The notes: generated by a model from the sequence alone, not told the origin. Positions 1 to 13,093 are shown, numbered from the stretch's first letter. The stretch: 30,716 bases of DNA from Tubiluchus corallicola (GCA_030141605.1 JAQGDQ010001659.1:1-30716), one strand, 5' to 3'. Numbers and translations are program-made.

Positions 1-517
1 GCTAGAAAAAAATCGTTAAAAATTTAGAAATAATTTGAATTGCATTGCGCAGACTTCGCTTCGTCTTAGTTCTTGCTTTCCATTTTGGTAATTTGATATT
101 ATGTTTCTTTTTTTACAATTTTGGATAGGTCAACAAATTACATGGATACTGCATCCCTTAACAATGAATTATTGTTAATTATTTTCAGTTGAATCGAATG
201 ACGCGTAACTGTAAATGCTACAATGCTGTGTAATGCTGCACGGGCAGCATTTGTGCTAAAGATTTTATATTAGAAAAATTTACTGACTTTTATTTTAAAG
301 CAGTTTGGCAACTTTTGTTGACTAGTAAAAGTTTTTGCTGTACAATATTCACTGCTCTTCAAGGCTGCTATAGTTTTGTTTTTGGCGCTTTCTAGATTCA
401 ATTCTAAAACTTAAAAAAATCGTCCTTTTACGAATTTGATTGAATCACTTTGAGAAAAGTATTGGTGACGTTTTTTACGTTTCTTTGTTTGCAAAATTAC
501 AGATTAAATCTCCGTTT

Positions 518-1045
<528 letters not shown>

Positions 1046-1103
1046 TTAAAATTCCTTTTGCTTAAAAGATTGAAATGCATCAGTGAGATCTAAAATCACT
1101 TAC

Positions 1104-1301
1104 CTACGTTACATCTGGCTGGTGGCCAGAAGACCATCATCTTCACTTTGTGACCAAAGAGGAACATGCTCTCAGGTGGCCCAGGAACGTTGCTTAGAAC
1201 CAGACTGCACTTTCTGGTGATGTGGTCAAACAGCGGTTTGGTCATCAAGTTCGGATATCTGTTCATCATGTACGACAAAATCATGGCATTTATAAGATGC
1301 T
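1104..1301 (-). CDS. WS/DGAT coding exon 4 (C-terminal WS_DGAT_C/DUF1298 region); gene probably continues off the left edge
   Basis: Acceptor ttgtttttAG at 1303-1302. Reads EHLINAMILSYMMNRYPNLMTKPLFDHITRKCSLVLSNVPGPPESMFLFGHKVKMMVFWPPARCNV, with the hallmark SNVPGP motif. Perfect donor G|GTAAGT at 1103. 198 nt, phase 1-1. No stop codon is reached. Confidence 0.92.
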
Positions 1302-1387
1302 CTAAAAACAAGAATATTCTATTAATGTACAATTCTCTGTAATTCAGAGCAAAATATGATGCTAATGATGCAGATAAAATCAAATAG

Positions 1388-1868
<481 letters not shown>

Positions 1869-2087
1869 GAAAGATATTGTGATGTAGTAGTACATACTTT
1901 ATTTATATTAAAATTGATAAAATTACAGATATTAAAAGTTTAAACTTACAGAGTTAAGCATGTATTTAACTTAATTCATTGTATTGTACAAGTCTAATTG
2001 TATGTTTGTGGTGCCATCTACTGGGAAAATTATTACCTACTCTGGACAGAGCATGCTGTCTGTATAAGCTTAGATATTTCATATTAC

Positions 2088-2272
2088 CTGGTGAATTTTT
2101 TAAATCTTTCATCCTCTTCTGCATTTCCACTAGCCTCTGACGATCACTCAAGATTGCTACAGGGAGTTGCAAAAAAACGAGGCTGAATTCGTTATCCATT
2201 TGAAGTTTATTGCCTGCACTGCGCACGTCTACAGGTACCGATGCCAACATTTCGTTTGGAATAATTAATTTT
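2088..2272 (-). CDS. WS/DGAT coding exon 3
   Basis: Acceptor ttttacAG at 2274-2273. The phase-2 join reads RKLIIPNEMLASVPVDVRSAGNKLQMDNEFSLVFLQLPVAILSDRQRLVEMQKRMKDLKNSP, matching the family pattern VPVxxR...N.FS...LP...RL...M..LK.S. Donor G|GTAATA at 2087, phase 1. Confidence 0.9.
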
Positions 2273-2390
2273 CTGTAAAATCCAGAATTTCGAAATTTGA
2301 TGAGTATAAATCCATCTTCCAAGCATCAAATGCGTTAACATCATTGCATGTACTCCTATCAAATACTTTATTAGTTTAATTCTCTTTGCC

Positions 2391-2446
2391 CATGGACTGA
2401 CCAGTGGGCCATAGGCTGACCAGTGGACCACAGGCTGACCAGTGGA
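2391..2446 (+). repeat. 19-bp tandem repeat x3 (CA(T/C)AGGCTGACCAGTGG(A/G)C)
   Basis: Three adjacent copies of CTGACCAGTGG. Confidence 0.85.
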
Positions 2447-2503
2447 ATTATTAAACGAAAGCATGCTTGAATACCATTAATTTTTGAGATATGTGATGGT
2501 ATG

Positions 2504-4453
2504 CATAGGCGTACGAGGCGGAGGTCCGGGTGGGGGGGTATTGTTCGGCAGTTGCCTTCCCAGAACAAATAAATTTTACATTTTCAGGGTAAATAATTGT
2601 ATATGTAGTAAAATAAATTTCCGAAGTTAATGTTGAATATTAAAAAAAATGCTTAAAATGCACAATAATAAAATTTGTAAGCTCATGGGCTTTGAAGACT
2701 GCAAAAGGAAACTTACAATTCCATTTTTTTCTAAAAAAGTTTGTTAATTTTGGCTTGAAAAATGAAAATATTTGTAAAATTCAGTTTTGCAGACATTTCT
2801 TCACACTCTGTTATTTCAACATTAAATGTACTCATTTTTGCCTACACTATAGCAATTTAGTAATGTCGTTGTATCAACATTAATTGTACTGATTTTTGCG
2901 TACACTATAGCAATTTAGTAATGTCGTTGTATCAACATTAATTGTACTCATTTTTGCCTACACTATAGCAATTTAGTAATGTCGTTGTATCAACATTAAT
3001 TGTACTCATTTTTGCGTACACTATAGCAATTTAGTAATGTCCTTGTATCAACATTAATTGTACTCATTTTTGCCTACACTATAGCAATTTAGTAATGTCG
3101 TTGTATCAACATTAATTGTACTCATTTTTGCCTACACTATAGCAATTTAGTAATGTCGTTGTATCAACATTAATTGTACTCATTTTTGCGTACACTATAG
3201 CAATTTAGTAATGTCGTTGTATCAACATTAATTGTACTCATTTTTGCCTACACTATAGCAATTTAGTAATGTCGTTGTATCAATATTAATTGTACTCATT
3301 TTTGCGTACACTATAGCAATTTAGTAATGTCCTTGTATCAACATTAATTGTACTTATTTTTGCCTACACTATAGCAATTTAGTAATGTCCGTTGTATCAA
3401 CATTAATTGTACTCATTTTTGCCTACACTATAGCAATTTAGTAATGTGCTTGTATCAACATTAAATGTACTCATTTTTGCCTACACTATAGCAATTTAGT
3501 AATGTCGTTGTATCAACATTAATTGTACTCATTTTTGCCTACACTATAGCAATTTAGTAATGTCGTTGTATCAATATTAATTGTACTCATTTTTGCGTAC
3601 ACTATAGCAATTTAGTAATGTCCGTTGTATCAACATTAATTGTACTCATTTTTGCCTACACTATAGCAATTTAGTAATGTCCGTTGTATCAACATTAATT
3701 GTACTCATTTTTGCCTACACTATAGCAATTTAGTAATGTCCTTGTATGTATCAACATTAAATGTACTCATTTTTGCCTACACTATAGCAATTTAGTAATG
3801 TCGTTGTATCAACATTAATTGTACTCATTTTTGCGTACACTATAGCAATTTAGTAATGTCGTTGTATCAATATTAATTGTACTCATTTTTGCGTACACTA
3901 TAGCAATTTAGTAATGCCGTTGTATCATATGGAATAGGAATTGCAATTAGAAAGAATCATTAATTGCGTTACTTCATTAAACGCCGGCCATTACCCTCCA
4001 TTTAAATTTTGTTTAAAAAAACACTTCCGTCTTTCTCTTTGTCTTCTCTTTTCGTTGTACATAGTGTGAAACTGGAAATATTTAAAAGATTTGTTATATG
4101 AAAATGTAAATTGTTGATCTGAGCCTGCAAAAAGAGGATCATCATCATCATCATCATCATCATCATTATTATATTGTCTTGAGAGTCGAAGATAGGCGAT
4201 GCGCAGCCTCCGTTTGGCACGTCGGAGTAAATGGACCTCACAAGTTGAGTGCCTCTTTTTATCGAAATCTGGCCCTGTGTAGGCCAACAATTGGTAGGTT
4301 TTTTTTTATCTTACCAGTATATATCCTATATAAGTATGTACCTCGCTGTTTTCCCCTATTTGGAAATCGCATAGCCTGGGGCAAGTTAGAAAATGTTCAG
4401 GGCAAATTCCTTTTGCCCCCCCTCATTGTGAAACGTCCCTCCGCACGCATATG
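2504..4453. mobile_element. Probable decayed non-autonomous TIR DNA transposon (hAT-like ends) containing a minisatellite
   Basis: Left end CATAGGCGTACG (2504) and the reverse complement of the right end, CATATGCGTGCG (4442-4453), match at 10/12. There is a G-rich left and a C-rich right subterminal block, and TTCAGGG(T/C)AAA occurs near both ends. No clean target-site duplication. Confidence 0.45.
2817..3927 (+). repeat. 58-bp minisatellite, about 19 copies
   Basis: Unit CAACATTAATTGTACTCATTTTTGC(C/G)TACACTATAGCAATTTAGTAATGTCGTTGTAT; period 58 (2817, 2875, ...). No unique spacers. Confidence 0.97.
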
Positions 4454-4624
4454 GTGGCTGTGTGGACCGTAGCGAAATTTTAATGAGCAGCAGGGGTGTT
4501 CTGAACACTTTGTCACGCGTTGTTTCTGTCTTAGGAACCTGAATTTATTTTCAAGTCAAGCAGCCTGCCAATTATTCACCAGACTTGCTTTTATTTGATA
4601 AAGATGTTACGTTGAAAATATTTA

Positions 4625-5302
4625 TTTGACAATGACATTGACAATGACAATGACAATGACAATGACACTGACATTTACACAGACAATGACAACTACAATG
4701 ACAATGACATTTACATTGACAATGACAATGGCAATGACAATGACAATGACAATGACAATGACAATGACAATGACAATGACAATGACAATGACAATGACAA
4801 TGACAATGACAATGACAATGACAATGACAATGACAATGACAATGACAATGGCACTGACATTTACACGGACAATGACAATGACATTGACAGTGATAATGAC
4901 AATGCCACTGACGTTTACACGGACAATGACAATGACACTGACATTTACACGGACAATGACAATGACACTGACATTTACACGGACAATGACAATGACAATG
5001 ACATTGACAGTGATAATGACAATGACACTGACATTTACACGGACAATTACAATGACACTGACATTTACACGGACAATGACAATGACAATGACATTTACAA
5101 TGACTATGACAATGACACTGACATTTACACGGACAATGACAATGACAATGACATTTACATTGACAATGACAATGACACTGACATTTACACGGACAATGAC
5201 AATGACACTGGCATTTACACGGACAATGACAATGACAATGACAATGACATTTACAATGACTATGACACTGACATTTACACAGACAATGACAATGACAATG
5301 AC
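4625..5302 (+). repeat. (ACAATG)n hexamer microsatellite with higher-order variant blocks
   Basis: Pure ACAATG core plus a recurring ACACTG-ACATTT-ACACGG block at roughly 30-60 bp spacing; starts about 14 nt from the exon 2 donor. Confidence 0.97.
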
Positions 5303-5316
5303 TTATTTTGACAAAC

Positions 5317-5593
5317 CTTTGCACGCAGACATCACGGAAAGCACCAGTAACACAACTCATTAGAATGTCGTTGACAGTGGCTCCTGTAATGCCCTTTAGT
5401 CTTTTCACATCCTTGAGATCAATGGCTTCTGACCACGCCATGACTTTGACACCAGATGGCTCTGGTCCGTGCAGAGCGTGCCGATCTCCAAACCGACAGA
5501 AATTGTACACTGTGAAGTATGGTGTAAACATGGCGGTGTAAATGACTTTCCAAATGGACGGCTTGGTTGATCCATAGCCTCTGTTTGGCAGAA
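5317..5593 (-). CDS. WS/DGAT coding exon 2
   Basis: Acceptor tttttctattatattttAG at 5595-5594. The phase-1 join to exon 1 reads VLPNRGYGSTKPSIWKVIYTAMFTP...LHGPEPSGVKVMAWSEAIDLKDVKRLKGITGATVNDILMSCVTGAFR, including the family TVND motif. Donor AG|GTTTGT at 5316, phase 2. Confidence 0.88.
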
Positions 5594-6003
5594 CTAAAAT
5601 ATAATAGAAAAAATACCGAGTACCGATCTAAATCTTGCAGGTAATGCAAATATTAGAAGCCACTAAAAAGTAATTGACGAAGTGTTGAGATTAAAATGGA
5701 AAAACCTGATTCACAGATTTAATTGATTCCAAGAGATCAAAACATGGATAAAACAAGTTGATGAAAGGTGTATGCATTCCACAACAGATTAAGTTTATGC
5801 TTCAACATTTGCCTTGATTCATTTCGCAGTGTTTGTTGAAATAAATTTATTGATTACGAATTTTATGTCGTTCTTGGTAATGAAGTGGAAGCATTGGCCA
5901 CCGTACGTTTCGTGCAGAAAGGGTTAATTTTTGGGCATCGTCAATGGACTGCCGGTACCTTTCCTGAATATAAGCTACCACATTTCAAATTCGCACATGT
6001 TTT

Positions 6004-6489
<486 letters not shown>

Positions 6490-7004
6490 GGTTATGCAAA
6501 ACTTCATTTCAAGACCCAATAATCGAAGTTCTTGTGCTATGAATTGGCAAAATCCACGGCAAACAGTGGTTGCGACTGCCTAGGGAGGTACAAATAAGCC
6601 AGCAGTGACCTCAAGCGGGCGAAAACAAAAACTTTAACCGTACGAAAGATTTGACAGCTGATGCTGGACAGATATCGAATAATTAGCAATATTGATGGAC
6701 CAATGCTTAGATTGCAACAACCAAAAATTGCAGAAGCAGTTTTTCTACAACTAGGTCTCCGATCTATTTACTAACAAGACTCGGTGCTGCTTAACTGTCT
6801 GTATAAGCAGACGCAAAGTTACGGCTTAGTTGATACTGTCGTCCTTGATGGATTAAAGGTTCGTCAATGGCAAAGCGATCTATAATATTTCTAACGCTTA
6901 CACTTTAATGTTGATATATTGTTGACCTACTAGAGCCAAAATGAAATAACGTTTGCTAGGACGTCTATACGTCTTCTCTTTCATATGAATTACAAGAAAT
7001 TTAC

Positions 7005-7719
7005 CAACTTTCGTCTCTTCCCCTGCCTCATCCATTAGAACATGAATAGCAAGTTCCATGAACGAAATTCCGTCTGCCATACAGTGGTGAGCTCTCAAGA
7101 GAACCCCCGTTTGTGGAGCCTCCATTGCTGTTGGTATGATTACCATTTCCCATGGTGACTTATTAGGCTTGAATTGTACAAGATTCAACTTGTTTACGAC
7201 GTCGTGAAGTTCTTCAATAGATGCAGGTAGGCTCTCTTCGTATTTCCAAACGTGATAGCCGATATCAAAGTTTTCTTCCCACTTCCACACGTACGTCTGG
7301 AAAGCCGTGTCGGGATGTTTCTGAAATTTCGAATATGGCCGCTCGTTTGATGTCGAACGATAGTCTATCACCCTGGCTTGGTACTTTTGTTGGCACACCT
7401 TTACATCTAGGTGACCTTCCAGTGACAAAAACGCGTTGATAATAGATCGATTATTTTCACTGTCTTGTAACCACACTGCGTCATTTCCGGGAATCAGCGT
7501 CACCTGGCCGTCGGAATGCCAATCAATGTACAAACTGAACAAATACCGAGAAATCCTGAACGCCAGGGAAATGGGCACTGTCACAGGAAGAGACACTACT
7601 ACCAGCGCAAACAGGAGTAAAGCTGAAAGAAATCTAACAGTTTGATACGCATTTTCCAGGAAAACTCCCGCACGTTTATTTGTCGCAGTGTCTTCCGTAA
7701 CATTTGCCTTCTTTTCCAT
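7005..7719 (-). CDS. WS/DGAT-family O-acyltransferase, coding exon 1 (N-terminal hydrophobic segment plus catalytic HHxxxDG motif)
   Basis: ORF from ATG 7719 gives 238 codons of non-repetitive protein. It has a hydrophobic stretch (FLSALLLFALVVVSLPVTVPISLAF), DAVWL, WKWEENFDIGYHV, KSPWEMVII and LLRAHHCMADGISF, the WS/DGAT active-site motif. It ends at donor G|GTAAAT (7004), phase 1. Confidence 0.92.
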
Positions 7720-7914
7720 GATCTTTTCGGCTTATTTTAAAGATTAGAAGTGATAGAACGTCTCTTCACGCCATGCCTGCCCACAAGCTGTTTGATTTAT
7801 GCTCTTGTGAACTTGGGACATGTAGTACAAGGACGTAGGCCAAAAGTAGAGATATGCTAGATTACTTTTGACACGTACAAATAGTTGTGACGACCGAAAA
7901 GTTTGTTTGAAATA

Positions 7915-8066
7915 TAGGTCCACTGTTCACCACAGCAAAAGTGAGCGCCATCTCTTGAGCTACAGCGATCATAGATCACTCACTTTTCACTAGGTCCACT
8001 GTTCACCACAGCAAAAGTGAGCGCCATCTCTTGAGCTACAACGATCATAGATCACTCACTTTTCAC
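7915..8066 (+). repeat. 76-bp tandem duplication upstream of the WS/DGAT start codon
   Basis: TAGGTCCACTGTTCACC...CACTTTTCAC at 7915 and 7991, one mismatch. Confidence 0.95.
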
Positions 8067-8564
8067 TTTCACTTTTTACCTTATACGGCATGAATTCATA
8101 CTGGAGGCTGTTTGATCAACTTCCCAGATTTTTTGTATAAAACCGAAGGATCATAAACCGGAAATCATTTTCTCATAAGACTAAAGATTAAAAAATATAT
8201 TTTCATTACAGCTTTTCCACGTTTCCTGTCTTCCAAATTTGATTTATTTATCAAAATTTATTTATTTGTTGTTTGTAGCTTTTTTAATAATAGCCTTGAA
8301 AGTGAGATTATAATAATTAAGTTTTTCGTTTGGTTTTCTTTTTGTCGTGGTTGTTTTAGATGTTTGTGATTTTTTATTCGAAAAATTTTGTGCAGACGTT
8401 GACGCGATACGAGATTTTAAAATGGAAAAACCAGAAGTAAACAAATTGGCTTGATTGTTGTCCTACACAGAAATTGTTTGGCATGATCATCTATGAAAAA
8501 ATACCATATCATGTGTTTGTTCGTAAGCCGGCCGTTCTGCCAAACAGCATATGCATAATATAAA

Positions 8565-8757
<193 letters not shown>

Positions 8758-8893
8758 AACATATGCACAACGATCATTACAGCATTGTACATAAAAGTAT
8801 TTAATAACATATTTATTATTATGTACACAAGATGCCAAGCTACAAATGACCCGTGGGGTACTCAAGAAGTAATTACTTGTTTAGAGCACCCCA

Positions 8894-9115
8894 AATGAAT
8901 GCGGATTGAGAGTAATAGAAAAGAGCAGTAAAGGAGTAGAAAGAAAGGTTAATGGAGAATAGAAAGAAGGAGAAAGATGTGATGGTATCTGTATGAAGTA
9001 ATGAATGTGGACTGAGTGTAATAGAAAAGAGCAGTAAAGGAGTAGAAGGAAAGGTTAATAGAGAATAGAAAGAAAGAGAAAGATGTGATGGTATCTGTAT
9101 GAAGTAACGTGGACT
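8894..9115 (+). repeat. 106-bp purine-rich tandem duplication
   Basis: GAATG(C/T)GGA(T/C)TGAG(A/T)GTAATAGAAAAGAGCAG... at 8897 and 9003. Confidence 0.92.
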
Positions 9116-9746
9116 ATAGAAATGTAAAAATCGACATAGTCAGCAACACAATGGATTCCGATAGGGACAGCAGTGTAATTAATCAAACTGATTTATTCTG
9201 TATAATTAGAAAACATTTCACTTTTGAAAATTCTTTTGAAGTTATTTATAGATAAAGAATTTTTTATGTATTCGTAGTGCAAATCTAATTAGTGTAGTGC
9301 AAGCTGTACTAAAAGTGCCATTTAAGAAACGTGAAATGTAAAGTATTTCTTGAATATGTTGGTTGTTTCTTTACCATTTTAACTCTCTGGTAAAGCCACT
9401 TTCAGAACTTTCGCAAAACTAATAAAATGTCACACGTGCATTTGTGTGTCCAGCACACAGTCAAGCTACGAACATCGTTACGTTCGCTTCATTTCATCCT
9501 TACGAGGTTATCTTTCCCGATTAAGACATCGTAACTCAATTCAGCTTTCTACCCGGTGACATCCGAGAATGACTATTACAAAATTTAACCTGACAAGAAT
9601 CAAATTGTCTAAACTATAGTAACGTATTTGTTGTCAATTTTGCACTATAAGATAATTTAAGGTAAGATAAATATGATAAGGTAAAAGGTAAGGGTAAGGT
9701 AATTTAAAGTAAGGTAAGGAATTGTAAGATTGCATCAGATCAAATC

Positions 9747-10002
9747 AGGTAAGGTAAGGTAAGGTAAGGTAAGGTAAGGTAAGGTAAGGTAAGGTAAGGT
9801 AAGGTAAGGTAAGGTAAGGTAAGGTAAGGTGTAAGGTAAGGTAAGGTAAGGTAAGGTAAGGTAAGGTAAGGTAAGGTAAGGTAAGGTAAGGTAAGGTAAG
9901 GTAAGGTAAGGTAAGGTAAGGTAAGGTAAGGTAAGGTAAGGTAAGGTAAGGTAAGGTAAGGTAAGGTAAAGTAAGGTAAGGTAAGGTAAGGTAAGGTAAG
10001 GT
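9747..10002 (+). repeat. (GTAAG)n pentanucleotide microsatellite
   Basis: About 50 near-perfect copies; degenerate copies at 9660-9720. Confidence 0.98.
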
Positions 10003-10142
10003 CTGGCAAGACAGTTTTCATCAGATATGAGATAAATGTATTTGATAGGACGTGATTATGGTGTAAGATATGATAAAGCAAGATAAAAGTAAGGTAAGTT
10101 GCTCTACGGTAATGCGAGGTAAACTTGAAATATTTTAAATAA

Positions 10143-10293
10143 AGTGAAGAAAAGTGAACTGAAGTGAAGTGAAGTGATTGAAGTGATGTGAAGTGATGTG
10201 AAGGGATGTAAAGTGAAGTGAAGTGAAGTGAAGTGAAGTGAAGTGAAGTGAAGTGAAGTGAAGTGAAGTGAAGTGAAGTGAAGTAGTGTGAAG
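10143..10293 (+). repeat. (GTGAA)n pentanucleotide microsatellite
   Basis: Directly visible. Confidence 0.96.
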
Positions 10294-10428
10294 TTAACAA
10301 GCACGACTCAAAGTGTAAATAAAATTATTCGGGGCTTTTGACTTATAAATTTAATTCCTACGAATTTACTTCTTTACGCAGCAGCTGTTGATTTACATGA
10401 ATTTTCTTCATTTTGATTTTTCTAGTAT

Positions 10429-11204
10429 TATAGGTTTTACATGTCAAATGTAGACCTGCGTTAACTCAAATGTAGATTTAGGTAATTTAAATGTGTCTTG
10501 GTAACTCAAATGTAGACTTAGGTAGTTCAAATGTGTTAACAATGGTTTTCAAGAATTCTTAAGCGTTTTTGGTAAGTCAAATGTAGACACATGTCAAGTC
10601 AAATGTGACATTAGTATGACAAATGTGGAGAGGTGTCAAAATAATAACTTTATAGGTCTACTAATAGTTCACTAATATTCTGTAAACTTTACATGCCATT
10701 GGAACTGTTAGAGAAAACTATACATTCTTAAAATAAACAATGTTTCTTGAGAGAAACTAATTCATTAATGCAGTGCTAATGCATTACTTAAAAAACTAAT
10801 TAGTGATTCACTGTTCATTGTGAAGTGATGCTGCCGATAGCACCATGACTATGAAATATAATTTTAATTTGGTTTTATCTTTTCGTAATTTGCACTTAAA
10901 TGAGTTAATTACCGATTTATTCAAAGTACCGCATCTACATTTGACTTACCTAAGTCACATTTGAGTTACCAAACACTTTCAAAATTCCTAAGTCTACATT
11001 TGACTTACCTAAGTCACATTTGAGTTACCAAAACACATTCGAAATTCCTATGTCTACATTTGACTTTCCTAAGTCACATTTCAACTTTCCTGTGTCTACA
11101 TTTGACTTACCTAAGTCACATTTGAACTTTCCTGTGTCTACATTTGACTTACCTAAGTCACATTTGAACTTTCCTGTGTCTACATTTGACGTGTAAAACC
11201 TATA
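10429..11204. mobile_element. Foldback-like MITE, copy 1
   Basis: Left TIR TATAGGTTTTACATGTCAAATGTAGAC (10429) and right TIR GTCTACATTTGACGTGTAAAACCTATA (ends 11204) match at 26/27. Arms are built of about 21-bp units (CAAATGT.GAC on the left, GTC.ACATTTG on the right). No coding capacity. Confidence 0.85.
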
Positions 11205-11430
11205 TTACCTGTTTTTCTGCTTCGCTAACATCACTTTTTCTATCTTATTTTCGATTTTTAAGTTTTCTCTCTCTCGCGAGATCTCGCATGTGATGAATCT
11301 TAGAAGTAATTATCTGAGCGAGGAGCCTTGATACAAATAAGAGGTGACAGGGACGTAAGAGGGTTAGGAGAGGTTGTCGTGCAGCAAACAAAACTAACAA
11401 GTTTCATTTGGGACGCGGGAAATGTGATCA

Positions 11431-11521
11431 TGTCATCTGCAACTGAATGTCCAAGTGTCAAAATGGCGATGTCTCAGTGTCATCTCTGCAACTGAATGTC
11501 CAAGTGTCAAAATGGCGATGT
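11431..11521 (+). repeat. About 49-bp tandem duplication containing AAAATGGCG twice
   Basis: CTGCAACTGAATGTCCAAGTGTCAAAATGGCGATGT occurs twice. Confidence 0.9.
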
Positions 11522-11606
11522 GCCAGTCTAACTATCGTGCGTTTGGCACAAAGTGACTTTTGAAAGCAGTTAAAATTAAACATCTTAAAATTAAGAAAGT
11601 TTATTA

Positions 11607-12346
11607 TATATTTTTTATATGTCGAATGTAGATTAAATGTAGTTAACTCAAATGTAGACTTAGGTAGTTCAAATGTGTTAACAATGGTTTTCAACAAATC
11701 TTAAGCGTTTTTGGTAAGTCAAATGTAGACACATGTCAAGTCAAATGTGACATTGGTATCTCAAATGTGGATAGGTGGTAAAGTTTAAGGATGTTAAATT
11801 TAATCTTCTTTAATTTCAATTTAATAATTGCTCCTAAGTTAAAATAACAACGTTATAGGTCTACTAATAGATGCACTATCTTTGGTTTATCTTTTTCTAA
11901 TTTGCACTTAAATAACTTAATTACCGATTTAGTCAAAGTACCGCATCTACATTTGACTTACCTAAGTCACAGTTGAACTTTCCTGCGTCTACATTTGACT
12001 TACCTAAGTCACATTTGAACTTTCCTGCGTCTACATTTGACTTACCTAAGTCACATTTGAACTTTCCTGTGTCTACATTTGACTTACCTAAGTCACATTT
12101 GAGTTACCAAAACACATTTGAAATTCCTATGTCTAGATTTGACTTTCCTATGTCTACAATTGACTTACCTAAGTCACATTTGAACTTTCCTGTGTCTACA
12201 TTTGACTTACCTAAGTCACATTTGAACTTTCCTATGTCTACATTTGACTTACCTAAGTCACATTTGAACTTTCCTATGTCTACATTTGACTTACCTAAGT
12301 CACATTTGAACTTTCCTGTGTCTACATTTGACGTGTAAAACCTATA
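11607..12346. mobile_element. Foldback-like MITE, copy 2 (same orientation, degenerate left TIR)
   Basis: Right TIR is identical to copy 1 (ends 12346). Left TIR TATATTTTTTATATGTCGAATGTAGAT has 5 mismatches. Internal blocks are shared with copy 1 (AATGGTTTTCAA, TATAGGTCTACTAATAG, TTAATTACCGATTTA.TCAAAGTACCGCATC), and the 42-bp array on the right is longer. Confidence 0.82.
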
Positions 12347-13093
12347 ATAATAACAACAGCAACGCACCGCGCGAACAATTTCTAAACAAATAAACAAACT
12401 TTTTGCTTTGCGCGGCCGAAAAACAAACGATTTTGCTGCTAGCTAATTAGGTGAAAATTTTGTTATACAGCACCGCTAAAAATTTTACACGTTTTGTAAA
12501 AGCAAGTAAACAAGCCCGCGATCAACAGATAAGTAAACAAAAGGCGTTTGTTTACGATAAGATTTTTACGTTTTTTATGGAGCTGCTATGTGAATTTTCT
12601 TGCACAACGGGGGGGGGGGGGGGGTTCCATGTCCTTTCCAACCTTTCTTAACCTTTTTTTGTTCTTTCTTGGTGATTAAATTTCTTTTTATAAATTACTG
12701 GTAAGGTGACGGGTTTTATAAAATTTTAAAATTATTAAAAATTATGAATTTTGCTCTATGAATGTAGTCAATTCTTGGGGGTGTCGATTGTTAATAATTA
12801 AAGGTTAACTGAAAAACAAATCAATTTCTTCGTGAAGTGATCAGTTTTGCTGCTTCCAAAATGTCTTTTAGCGTGTAAATTAAATGGCAAATCAAAAAAA
12901 ACGAAATTTCTCCTCAATTTTCTTGATTACATCGGGAAGTTTTTCCCTGTAAATTGACAAAATTGTCCAGACCGTATTATTTGAACATTAACCCTTTACA
13001 AATCAACTCAGCTTCCATCAGTAATCGAATTTGTTCTACCACCTCATTTGATTTGTTGGCACGTATCAGACTTTTTGTAACCGTCAGTCCGAC

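Noticed and set aside
170-240. Minus-strand peptide CSIYSYAS resembling the SIFSYAG motif expected in the last WS/DGAT exon
   Set aside because: A stop follows within about 8 codons and there is no suitable phase-1 acceptor or further similarity; the last exon is probably outside the window.
2817-3927. CRISPR-like periodicity in this and other arrays
   Set aside because: Units are head-to-tail without unique spacers, there are no cas genes, and the context is eukaryotic.
6790-6880. Extra exon in intron 1 (acceptor TATAG, reading DRFAIDEPLIHQG...)
   Set aside because: Runs into TAA without a good donor; exon 1 joins exon 2 in phase without it.
6898-7004. C-terminal 35 aa of the 273-aa ORF as coding
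   Set aside because: Lies past the GTAAAT donor; family similarity continues in exon 2 instead.
11973-12397. ORFs with 14-aa repeats (STFDLPKSHLNFP)
   Set aside because: Translation of the 42-bp MITE arm array; no transposase motifs.
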